NCBI RefSeq assembly: GCF_000175255.2
Contig: NC_017262.1
Span: forward strand, 1,830,001 to 1,862,000
Length of the DNA stretch: 32,000 nucleotides
DNA from: Zymomonas mobilis subsp. mobilis ATCC 10988
GTDB taxonomy: Bacteria; Pseudomonadota; Alphaproteobacteria; Sphingomonadales; Sphingomonadaceae
Direction: 5' to 3'
Made by a program: the position numbers and the translations under genes. The number at the start of each line of letters is the position of its first letter. The first letter of the stretch is position 1. Below the pieces are notes generated by a model, which saw only the letters and a list, made by a program, of their open reading frames with translations, searched no databases and was not told where the DNA came from. Shown here piece after piece: positions 18,736-27,469 of the stretch.

Positions 18736-21700
18736 ATGGGGGTGCTGATGAAGGCTTTCTCTTCTCTTTTTGGATCAGGTCTGAAAACGGTTCATTCCAT
18801 CCAATCCGATAATCATGAAGAGGCCGAATTTTTGGCAGAGCTTCACCCCCAAATATCCCGCCACTCTAAAATCAGAGACGCTATGAGGGTTTTTCTTTCT
18901 TTAAAATCCGATACTAAGCTGACCCGTTCTTGCCGGTCACATTATCTTATAAAGGCTTCGCCCATTACGGCCGCTTATTCCCAGACTGAAATCTCCACTC
19001 CGTGTCAGCTCGAAATCTCCGGTCAGCCCCAAATTGGAAATAGTATGAAGGCCTTTTCTCTTTTACCATCCAACGCTGAAAATACAGCCAAGGCTTCCTC
19101 TTTTTCCTTATCGGAAGTTGAAAATATCACGAAATCTTCTTCTCTTCCTTCGTCCACAGTTGGAAATATCGAGAAGTCTTCCTGTCTTCTCTCCTCCAAA
19201 GTTGGGAATACCGTGAAGACCTCATCTCTTTGTCTGTCTAAAATGAGAAAGACAGCCACGGCTATAGAAAAAACGGCCAAAACCCTTTCTCTTTCGCCAT
19301 CGGATGTCGCAGCCACCGAAGGTCTTTCTTCTTCCTCGCCCATGGCTGGGAAGGCTACCAAAGCTACGCTTTCTTCACCACTCGAAGTTGAAAAATCCGC
19401 TACTGTTTATTCTCTTTCTGCGCCTGAAGTTGGGGCAGCCACCAAGGCGACGGCTTCTTCACCGCTTGAAGCTGGAAAAGTCATGACAGTTTTTTCCTCC
19501 TTATCGCCCGAAGTTGGAACATCAACCAAAGCTATTCCTTCTTCACGGCTCGAAGCTGAAAAAGCCACTATCGCTGCTTCATTTTCATCGTCCGTGGCTG
19601 GGAAAGATGCCAAAGCTACGCTTTCTTCACCACTTGAAGCTGAAAAAATCGCTACTGCTCATTCTCTTTCTGTGCCTGAAGTTGGGGCAGCCACCAAGGC
19701 GACGGCTTCTTCACCGCTTGAAGCAGGAAAAGCCATGACAGTTTTTTCCTCCTTATCGTCTGAAGTTGGAACATCAACCAAAGCTATTCCTTCTTCACGG
19801 CTCGAAGCTGAAAAAGCCACTACCGCTTCTTCATTTTCCTCGCCCGTGGCTGGGAAAGCTGCCAAAGCTACGCTTTCTTCACCACTTGAAGCTGAAAAAT
19901 CTGCTACTGCTTATTCTCTTTCTGTGCCTGAAGTTGGAAAAACTACTAAAGTTATTTCTTCTTCATCATTCAAAGTAAGAAAAAGCACTAAAGCCTTTTT
20001 CCTTTCGTCCTCCGAAATTAGAAAATCAGTTAAAGCGCTTTTTCTTTTACCGCCTCTTGCTCTGGTTTTGGCAGGCTGCGAAGTCGGGCCCGACTATGTT
20101 CGCCCTTCGGCTCCAACACCGCATCAATATAGCGGTGCCGATAACAACAAGGTAACAAATATCGCCGGAAATAGGGGCGCCACCGGTGCGACATTATCTT
20201 CTAGTAAGGCCGCTTCCGACCCGAAAAAATCGGCTGATCCAAAATCCGATCAAAAGAAATCTGCCACTGAAAATAATCCGCCACTTCCCCCCGATCAGAT
20301 CACACCCAGCGGCCAAAAAATCAGCTGGCAAGAAGCCCAGCCTATGGATCGCCAAATTAAAGATCGCTGGTGGGAATTATTTAACGACCCCGAATTAAAC
20401 AAACTGATCGAACGTTCTGATGTCGCCAGCCAAAGCGTCGCCCAAGCCGAAGCGACATGGCGTAACGCCTTAGCTGTTATGGGGCAGAACCGTTCATCCA
20501 TGTGGCCAAGCATCAGTCTTAGTGCTTCAAACCAGCACACTGTAACCGGCGGTGGTAGCGAAGTCGTCAACACTGCGGGCGGTGGTTCTTCAACCGTCAG
20601 CCGCAGCAATATCAGTGATAACTACCGCGCCGGTCTTTCTATGAGCTGGACACCGGATTTCTTTGGTGGTGTGCGGCGTCAGATCGAGAATTCACGGGCA
20701 ACTGCCGAAGCCAATATGGCCGACATCGAAACTGCAAGGCTTGCCCTTCATGCCGGTGTTGCCAGCAGCTATCTGCAATTACGAGAAGCTGATGCCGAAA
20801 TTGCAGTCATGGAACAAACCATTGCCGCTTATACACATGCCTTAGAAGTAGCCCGAAATCGTTTCAATGCAGGCATCGCGCCTGAAAGCGATGTATTCCA
20901 AGCAGAAACACAGCTATCGAATACGCGTTCCCAAATCGAAAGCCTAAGACAGAACCGCCGCACCTATGAAGATGCCATTTCTGTCTATGTCGGTATTCCG
21001 GCTGGTGATTTTCATATCGAGCCAAGGAATGACTGGAGCCCTGTTGTTCCTGACGTGCCTTTAGATCTGCCTTCTACTTTGTTGCAGAGACGACCAGATA
21101 TTGCTTCCGCAGAACGCAAGATAGAAGCGGCTTCTGCTACTATCGGAGTCAGGAAAGCTGCTTTTTATCCTAGCTTCAGCATGTCACCTTATGCGGGTGA
21201 TACGGCTGGCGACATTACACGGCTTTTGGCACAATCTTCCAGTATTTGGTCTGTCGGCGCCTCGATGGCCTTCACTGTTCTCGACTGGGGATCACATTTA
21301 TCGCAATTGCATCAGGCTCGTGCGGCCTATTCCCAAGCGGTTGCCAATTATCGGCAAGTCGTTTTGCAGGCCTATCAAAATGTAGCAGATGAAATCGCTG
21401 CAACGCAGATATACGGCAATCAAGAAACACACCTCAATGATGCATTCAAGAATGCCGATCGGAGCGAGCAGGCGACATTAAAGCGCTATCAGGTCGGATT
21501 AGTCGCCTATACTGATGTGGTTACTGTTGAAACATCGGCTCTATCAGCCAAACGCAGTCTGATGCAAACACAACTTGCCCGTCAGACAGCGGCGGTTTCG
21601 CTTATTCAGGCTCTAGGTGGGGGATGGACAGGATTGCCTCCTCGCATGCCTCCCAATCACAAAGTTTTCCACGAAGCAAAGAAACAGCGTCTCGCTGATG

Positions 21701-21747
21701 AAAAAGCAGAGAAGGCTATCGCTGAGAAGCAAAAAACGAGGTCATAA
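18736..21747 (+). CDS. NodT-family RND outer-membrane efflux lipoprotein with a very long repetitive N-terminal extension
   Basis: The C-terminal ~575 aa is a standard OMF lipoprotein: FLLPPLALVLAGC (lipobox) EVGPDYVRPSAPTPHQYSG...WWELFNDPELNKLIERSDVASQSVAQAEATWRNA..., RNRFNAGIAPESDVFQAETQLSNTRSQIES, LLQRRPDIASAERKIEAASATIGVRKAAFYPSFS. About 427 codons precede the signal sequence in the same uninterrupted frame. Confidence 0.85.
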   Translation: MGVLMKAFSSLFGSGLKTVHSIQSDNHEEAEFLAELHPQISRHSKIRDAMRVFLSLKSDTKLTRSCRSHYLIKASPITAAYSQTEISTPCQLEISGQPQIGNSMKAFSLLPSNAENTAKASSFSLSEVENITKSSSLPSSTVGNIEKSSCLLSSKVGNTVKTSSLCLSKMRKTATAIEKTAKTLSLSPSDVAATEGLSSSSPMAGKATKATLSSPLEVEKSATVYSLSAPEVGAATKATASSPLEAGKVMTVFSSLSPEVGTSTKAIPSSRLEAEKATIAASFSSSVAGKDAKATLSSPLEAEKIATAHSLSVPEVGAATKATASSPLEAGKAMTVFSSLSSEVGTSTKAIPSSRLEAEKATTASSFSSPVAGKAAKATLSSPLEAEKSATAYSLSVPEVGKTTKVISSSSFKVRKSTKAFFLSSSEIRKSVKALFLLPPLALVLAGCEVGPDYVRPSAPTPHQYSGADNNKVTNIAGNRGATGATLSSSKAASDPKKSADPKSDQKKSATENNPPLPPDQITPSGQKISWQEAQPMDRQIKDRWWELFNDPELNKLIERSDVASQSVAQAEATWRNALAVMGQNRSSMWPSISLSASNQHTVTGGGSEVVNTAGGGSSTVSRSNISDNYRAGLSMSWTPDFFGGVRRQIENSRATAEANMADIETARLALHAGVASSYLQLREADAEIAVMEQTIAAYTHALEVARNRFNAGIAPESDVFQAETQLSNTRSQIESLRQNRRTYEDAISVYVGIPAGDFHIEPRNDWSPVVPDVPLDLPSTLLQRRPDIASAERKIEAASATIGVRKAAFYPSFSMSPYAGDTAGDITRLLAQSSSIWSVGASMAFTVLDWGSHLSQLHQARAAYSQAVANYRQVVLQAYQNVADEIAATQIYGNQETHLNDAFKNADRSEQATLKRYQVGLVAYTDVVTVETSALSAKRSLMQTQLARQTAAVSLIQALGGGWTGLPPRMPPNHKVFHEAKKQRLADEKAEKAIAEKQKTRS
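19033..20058 (+). repeat. In-frame array of degenerate 42-bp (14-aa) motifs
   Basis: Translation parses into ~14-aa blocks, e.g. AGKATKATLSSPLE / VEKSATVYSLSAPE / VGAATKATASSPLE / AGKVMTVFSSLSPE / VGTSTKAIPSSRLE / ... / VGKTTKVISSSSFK / VRKSTKAFFLSSSE / IRKSVKALFLLPPL. Upstream blocks (ENTAKASSFSLSE, VENITKSSSLPSST, VGNIEKSSCLLSSK, VGNTVKTSSLCLSK) are more diverged. Confidence 0.85.
19429..19932 (+). repeat. Two tandem copies of a 252-bp higher-order repeat (6 x 42 bp)
   Basis: gttggggcagccaccaaggcgacggcttcttcaccgcttgaa... begins at 19429 and again at 19681. The next motif (gttggaaaaactactaaa) begins at 19933, exactly 252 bp later. The copies differ at roughly a dozen positions by eye. Confidence 0.93.
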
Positions 21748-21773
21748 AACGACCGTTTAAAATCAAAAATTAT

Positions 21774-21801
21774 CGCCAGACCCTTAGTTTAAGGTCTGGC
21801 G
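21774..21801. terminator. Hairpin terminator between convergent genes
   Basis: cgccagaccctt-agttt-aaggtctggcg, a 9+2 bp stem with one bulge, between the + OMF gene and the - DMT transporter gene. Confidence 0.6.
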
Positions 21802-21815
21802 ACTATTCTTAAAAA

Positions 21816-22745
21816 TTATTCTTCTGCTTCTAGTGTCTTCTCAATTTGATTAGCGATCGGTGGCAACGGGGCTGTGACTAACTTTCTTCCACTGCGCCAG
21901 GTGAGATATCCAGATAAAAAGATAACGGCAATTCCGACAAAAGAGATAAAATCAACGGGCTGATGAAAAACAAGATAGCTGAAAATCACAGTCCAAACCA
22001 TTTGGCTGTATTGAGGCAAAGCGATGGTATTAGCTTCAGCATATTCAGCTGCAATCATCATCATGATCTGCCCCCAAGCCGCAAATAAGCCATAGATTAA
22101 CAGATAGAACCATTGCAGTGCAGTTGGCGTAACCCAGCTATTCCATGTCATTGCCCCATCAATAACAATAGGTCCCACAACACTCGCGCTATAAAGTGAC
22201 AAACGAGACGGTTTCGTTACCAATCCGCCTTTTTTCTTATTAGTGGCTCTGAAAACCGCCCATGATGCACCCGTGCAGAAAGCACCGGCTAAGGCTGCCA
22301 AATGCCCTACGCCCAAAGGGCGAATGCCTGGCCTCAAAATAATTACCGTGCCGATAAAGCCGATAATCAAAGCTACCCATTTTGCAAAAGATATTTTTTC
22401 ATGCAGAAAAATAAGAGCAATAAGATTAACGAAAAACGGCAACAGAAACAAAAGCGCCATGGCTTCAGTCATCGGTAAACGCGTAAAAGCAACCACACTA
22501 AAGAAGGTGCAAAGCGCAACGCATACAGCTCTTATAAGCCAGATCTTAAAGTCGTAAAAGCCAAAGATATTGAGATAGCTCTCATGCGGTTTTCGCATCA
22601 AAGGAATTGCCGGAGCCGCAATAACGCCCCCAAGGAAAGCAATTTCAAAAGCGTTTATTTTCCCATCCAGCAGTTTCGATCCTGCATCGCTGATCGTAAA
22701 AGCCAGATAGGCTATAAGGGCTATGGTGATGCCTTTTTTTTCCAT
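21816..22745 (-). CDS. EamA/DMT-family transporter
   Basis: ~309 aa, ten hydrophobic segments in two EamA halves: ITIALIAYLAFTISDAGSKLLDG...TRLPMTEAMALLFLLPFFVNLIALIFLHEKISFAKWVALIIGFIGTVIILRPG...AEANTIALPQYSQMVWTVIFSYLVFHQPVDFISFVGIAVIFLSGY. Confidence 0.85.
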   Translation of the reverse strand: MEKKGITIALIAYLAFTISDAGSKLLDGKINAFEIAFLGGVIAAPAIPLMRKPHESYLNIFGFYDFKIWLIRAVCVALCTFFSVVAFTRLPMTEAMALLFLLPFFVNLIALIFLHEKISFAKWVALIIGFIGTVIILRPGIRPLGVGHLAALAGAFCTGASWAVFRATNKKKGGLVTKPSRLSLYSASVVGPIVIDGAMTWNSWVTPTALQWFYLLIYGLFAAWGQIMMMIAAEYAEANTIALPQYSQMVWTVIFSYLVFHQPVDFISFVGIAVIFLSGYLTWRSGRKLVTAPLPPIANQIEKTLEAEE

Positions 22746-23145
22746 GGTAACGTGAACTCCGCCATCACTTTTATTTTAGGCAGCTCTTGTCATTATCGGT
22801 ATCAGCCTGATGTGAATGTCGATGTCCGGCAATCAACAATTTCTGGAATCGAATTTTGAAAGAGCATGATTCAAATATAAGAATGGCTGCTTATATTTTT
22901 TTGATCTAAAAAATAGCCCCCAAAATTAAATATCAGCAAAAAAATATTTAAATTCAATTTTTATAAAAATTAAAATATAATAAAATTGCCAATATATTTT
23001 TAATTATAAATTAATATAATTTAATAAATTCAATTATTGGACTTATTTTACAATTTAAATCAATTAACTATTTTTGAAGTCATATAGCTAATAATTAAAA
23101 TATAAAACTTAATCTCAATAACATTTTCTAAAAAACTTTAAAGAT

Positions 23146-23183
23146 AACAAAAAAGGCAGATATTACTATCTGCCTTTTTTGTT
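23146..23183. terminator. Strong bidirectional rho-independent terminator
   Basis: aacaaaaaaggcagata-ttac-tatctgccttttttgtt: perfect 17-bp stem with a 4-nt loop and A-run/T-run flanks, just 3' of the minus-strand receptor gene. Confidence 0.92.
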
Positions 23184-23201
23184 TAATTTTTGAATTATAA
23201 C

Positions 23202-26200
23202 TTAGAAGTCATAGCTCAGGCCAGCAAAGATATACCGACCATAGATATCATACGTGGTAACATAAGTATTACCGTTATAAATACCGCCAGCACCTCCATT
23301 TTGAGAAGTAATCAGTGGCGGTCTCGTACCTACAACGTTGTTGACACCAGCATTTAGAGTAACTTTATCTGTAACTTTATAATAGGCTGTCAAATCAAGA
23401 TAGCTGACATTACCAATTTTTTTATCAAAGCTAGACTTTGCTGAAGAATACGGGTTCGCAGTTGACCCTGCGTCGCTTTTTGTCCCACCAACAAAGCGCC
23501 ACATAGCCGAAAAACCAAAACCAGCAGGAAGATCCCAGCTGACACGCATTTGATGGCGCCATTTCGGCATAGGCATACCACAAACTGCACCATAAAGACC
23601 TGCGCAGTCATAAGTAGTTGCACCACCACCAGGGTTGGTCTTGTAATTTAGCAACCAAGTACCATTAAGCGAAGCGGTCAACGAGCCATATTTGTTGCCC
23701 AAAGGATAGCTATAATTGACCCCAAAATCGACACCACGCGTGGCTAAAGAACCAATGTTCATCAGAACATCGTCTACATAGCCAGACTGATTGCGCCACA
23801 ATGATCCATACTTGTCACGGTGGATACGGTCACAATAGCGACCTTGGGTGCCGCAAAGCTGCAATATATTATCTGCACCTAACTGTGAGACAATATTTTT
23901 GATTTTGATATCAAAAAAATCAGCCGTAAAACTAAAGCGACGGAAGGGCGTTAATGCCACGCCACCTGTAAAAGTATTCGCTGTTTCTGGCTTTAGGTTA
24001 GGATTTCCTCCCTGATTGCCATAATATTGGCTAGCTGGGTTTGCCAAAATGTTGCCGTATTGATTTTTGGTGACTCCCATCAACTCACATTGTGAAGCTG
24101 ACATAGTTGGAGAAGTCCCAGCGCAAGGGTCTGTAGAACCATCGTTCCCGATCGATGTTGGACCATATAATTCTTGAATATTTGGAGCGCGAACAGCCCT
24201 ATTATAACCACCACGTAAGGCAACGCCTTTCACAGGTGAATAAACCATCTGCCCTTTGTATGACTGAACTGAGCCAGTCGAGCTATAATCTGAATAGCGG
24301 AAACCACCCGTTAGAGTTAACTCATTGACACCACGCCGATGATCCATGATTGGCAAAGCAGCTTCAATGAAAAGTTCTTTTACATCATATTTACCATGAG
24401 AAGATGGGTTTGCACCACCTTGGCCAGCCAAATCACCAGTTGCATATGCAGAATCAACATCATAATTCATTTTTTCACGACGATATTCTGCACCGACATT
24501 GACACTTAAACCCTGGCTTGCGGTCGGTAATTGAACGCCATACTGAGAACCATCGAAAGTTAAAGAGCCACTAACAACAGTTTCTTGTGTCGAACCTGTC
24601 GCGACACCTGGGGTTTGGAGATAGTCGAGGGCATTCTGGCTTGGCTTGTTACCGCTAAAAATGTCATAAGGAACACAGCTTGGATCTGTCCCATCAATGA
24701 CAGATCGGCAAGTAGCAGTTCCATTGTAATTTACGACGTTGAGAGCGTTATTCAACCTACTGACAGAAAAATCTCGACTATATCGATTTTGATAAACTGT
24801 TGAGCCATATTGACCATAAACATCATAGGTTAAACCTTTAACAATTTCGCCTTTCGAGCCGATAACACCTCGATAAGAGGTATGTCGCATCGTATTGATA
24901 CGAGGCCCGCCTTCAACATTCCTTTTTAATATTTGTGCTGAAGAATTGTTGTAGGTATTACCCTGACTATCGGTATGTGTAGTATTATCTATATTAGCGG
25001 CAGAACACATAATTGAGGATTCTTGCGCCGTTAAGAAAGGATTGTCACAGTTAACAGTGCCAAATCCAAAAGTCCCAGAAGGCGCTATCTGAGCCGAACT
25101 GCGATCATCCATAAACTGGAATTCTGCATAAGGCTTGAAACCATCTGTGACATCATAATGAGCGAAAAAACCCGCAGTATAACGCTGGTCAGGACGCTGT
25201 AGATTATTAGTCGGTGCGTAATTATATTGCGACATCCCGGAAACAAGTTGACCATTATTTAAATGATAATTACCATCATTCAATAATATGTTTCCTTCTG
25301 CAGAAGTTGGAGAGCCAGTACAAATAGCCCCGCTTGTGCCATTACCAGACAAAGCGCAAGAACTATAATCTCGATCCGCACCCGTGACAGCAGCTTGGCG
25401 GCGATAGCCGAGATAAGCTACTACATGGCCACGGCCATCTTTGGTGCCAGCGCCAAATTTCAGATTAGCATTAAATCCCCAACCATCGAATGGTGTATTA
25501 GTAGGCGTTTTTGTGCCTGCTATCGGGCTATTCCGTAGAATATTTCGCATGGTTCGGCTATCGTTGTCGCCATTTAATACATTATATTGGGCATCCGCAT
25601 GGAAGCCTTCATAATCTGTATCCATGATGAAATTGACAACACCGGCGACAGCATCAGAACCGTAAACAGCAGAAGCACCACCAGTTAAGACATCAACTCG
25701 TTTAATAAGAGAGGACGGAATAGAGTTCAAATCGGCTGCTTGAGAGCTAGGATCGCCCGGCATCAAACGACGACCATTAATCAAAACCAATGTTCGGTTT
25801 GATCCCAGCCCACGCAAATTTGCTGTAGAAATTCCGCTCGAGCCATTGGCTACAGCGCTACTTTGGGTGCCATAAAATTGTGGCATTCTGTTCAGCATAT
25901 CTTCAATACGCGTATAACCCTGCTTGGTTATTTCTTTCGCATTGACAGAGGTAATTGGGCTGGTCGAGGTGATACCTGGTGGAAGGCGTGAACCCGTAAC
26001 AGTGATTGTGCCGCTTGGCTGCGCTAATTCAGAAGCAGCCGGCGCTGGCGCCATTGTTGGAATGCTTGCATTATCAGCTACAGGATTGCTGGCTGAATTA
26101 CTGCCGACAGATGATGCACCTGATTGTTGAGGCGTATCCTGTAAAGTTTCCTGCGCAAAAACAGGCGTTGACCATGCAATAACGCCCGCGACCATACCCG

Positions 26201-26237
26201 TGGTCATGAAGGCATTTTTCAGATGTCTTCTGATCAT
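23202..26237 (-). CDS. TonB-dependent outer-membrane receptor
   Basis: MIRRHLKNAFMTTGMVAGVIAWSTPVFAQ signal peptide; plug domain PSGTITVTGSRLPPGITSTSPITSVNAKEITKQGYTRIEDMLNRMPQF...GANLRGLGSNRTLVLINGRRLMPG...VDVLTGGASAVYGSDAVAGVVNFIMD; C-terminal beta-barrel ending in ...YDIYGRYIFAGLSYDF (terminal F). The ATG at 26237 is preferred over the track start at 26351. Confidence 0.95.
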   Translation of the reverse strand: MIRRHLKNAFMTTGMVAGVIAWSTPVFAQETLQDTPQQSGASSVGSNSASNPVADNASIPTMAPAPAASELAQPSGTITVTGSRLPPGITSTSPITSVNAKEITKQGYTRIEDMLNRMPQFYGTQSSAVANGSSGISTANLRGLGSNRTLVLINGRRLMPGDPSSQAADLNSIPSSLIKRVDVLTGGASAVYGSDAVAGVVNFIMDTDYEGFHADAQYNVLNGDNDSRTMRNILRNSPIAGTKTPTNTPFDGWGFNANLKFGAGTKDGRGHVVAYLGYRRQAAVTGADRDYSSCALSGNGTSGAICTGSPTSAEGNILLNDGNYHLNNGQLVSGMSQYNYAPTNNLQRPDQRYTAGFFAHYDVTDGFKPYAEFQFMDDRSSAQIAPSGTFGFGTVNCDNPFLTAQESSIMCSAANIDNTTHTDSQGNTYNNSSAQILKRNVEGGPRINTMRHTSYRGVIGSKGEIVKGLTYDVYGQYGSTVYQNRYSRDFSVSRLNNALNVVNYNGTATCRSVIDGTDPSCVPYDIFSGNKPSQNALDYLQTPGVATGSTQETVVSGSLTFDGSQYGVQLPTASQGLSVNVGAEYRREKMNYDVDSAYATGDLAGQGGANPSSHGKYDVKELFIEAALPIMDHRRGVNELTLTGGFRYSDYSSTGSVQSYKGQMVYSPVKGVALRGGYNRAVRAPNIQELYGPTSIGNDGSTDPCAGTSPTMSASQCELMGVTKNQYGNILANPASQYYGNQGGNPNLKPETANTFTGGVALTPFRRFSFTADFFDIKIKNIVSQLGADNILQLCGTQGRYCDRIHRDKYGSLWRNQSGYVDDVLMNIGSLATRGVDFGVNYSYPLGNKYGSLTASLNGTWLLNYKTNPGGGATTYDCAGLYGAVCGMPMPKWRHQMRVSWDLPAGFGFSAMWRFVGGTKSDAGSTANPYSSAKSSFDKKIGNVSYLDLTAYYKVTDKVTLNAGVNNVVGTRPPLITSQNGGAGGIYNGNTYVTTYDIYGRYIFAGLSYDF

Positions 26238-26742
26238 TATTCCCCCTTTTTGAGATATGCACCGTCCCCAAAACCAACATCTTCTTTTAGACAGATGTCT
26301 ATCGTGCATCTCTTTGCGGTCTGCTTTGAGCTGCCCCGAACAAAGCCGCATTTTTCCTACTCAACACAGATAATAATATTTTTTATGTTTCTGCAATCGT
26401 CGAAATAAAGAAATTTATGTTTACCATTCATTACCCAAAAAATGTAACAAAATTGCAACATGGTAGCTTGATGTAAGTTTTAATACGTAAATTTAATTTT
26501 TGCTGTTAATATAAAGATATTATTTTTCATTTTAGTAAACGAATAGTTTTTAATTTAAAATTAAATAATAAATTTAAAAAATTAAAATATTTTTTAATAA
26601 ATTTAAATATTAAAAATATGATATAATTTTATTAAATAAAAAGTTTAATTTTTGTCAAATGGCATATAAAATAATTTATTTTATACGATGAAAGTATTTA
26701 TCTATTTAGCCATCAGGCTACTGGCTGGAGCTACAAAATCAT

Positions 26743-27321
26743 ATGAAAAGTTTTTTGTCTAAAAAAATGGGAATGTTTTTGTGCCTCAGCATGGCGATTA
26801 CTTTATTCTCTGCAAAGGCTGCGAAGAATCAAAATAACTTTAAAGATAGCGTTTTGTTCGACAAATTATTGGCTTGTCGTTCCCTTAATGACGATATTTC
26901 AAGGCTGCATTGTTTCGATGAAAATATAAAAGCATTAGATGATGCGAACACGCATCATGATATTCTAGTGGTTGATAGAGAAGCGATTGTTGCTCGACAA
27001 AAGCAGAGCTTTGGTTTTGCACCGCCTGTTTTAGCTTTGCCTAAAAAAGATAATGCATATTCTCATTCGATAAAAAAAGATCAGGCAGCAGATGATGTTA
27101 TTCACGAAATCACAGATAAAGCCAGCTTTGTTAGCCAAGATAGCGAAGGCCATTGGATTATCGGTTTTTCAAATGGGGCTCGCTGGCGGCAAATAGATGA
27201 CCAAACTGTTCCCAATGAACCCCATGTTGGCTCAGTTGTTCGATTAAGGAAAGCTGCTTTGGGTTCTTTTGTGGCGAATATTGATAAGCAATCAGCAATA
27301 AAAATGAGACGAATTCAATAA
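26743..27321 (+). CDS. Hypothetical exported protein
   Basis: 192 aa with a Sec-type signal (MKSFLSKKMGMFLCLSMAITLFSAKAA); no family recognised with certainty. Confidence 0.7.
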   Translation: MKSFLSKKMGMFLCLSMAITLFSAKAAKNQNNFKDSVLFDKLLACRSLNDDISRLHCFDENIKALDDANTHHDILVVDREAIVARQKQSFGFAPPVLALPKKDNAYSHSIKKDQAADDVIHEITDKASFVSQDSEGHWIIGFSNGARWRQIDDQTVPNEPHVGSVVRLRKAALGSFVANIDKQSAIKMRRIQ

Positions 27322-27469
27322 GCACCCGTTAAAATTGTAATCCTATTAAGGTTCACGAATTGAATCCTGCATTTAGGCGTAATAGGCTGCTGAAATATTT
27401 TCTCATGGCAGGATAGGTTATTTTTGCGTTATAGCATGCTAACTGACCGATTTAACTGGACAAAAATTG

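Noticed and set aside
19429-19932. Considered a CRISPR array or a phage/retroelement repeat
   Set aside because: Repeats are directly adjacent with no unique spacers, period is 42/252 bp, and the frame is coding throughout. This is a coding minisatellite.
19023-19978. Multiple overlapping ORFs in other frames and on the minus strand (e.g. 19023..19361 -, 19407..19613 -, 19514..19738 +, 19659..19865 -, 19766..19978 +)
   Set aside because: They are shadows of the 42/252-bp repeat: because the period is a multiple of 3, any open alternate frame stays open in each copy. Their sequences repeat in step with the main frame.
26098-26280. Short antisense ORFs at the 5' end of the TonB receptor gene
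   Set aside because: They overlap the signal peptide and plug-domain coding sequence in other frames without independent support.
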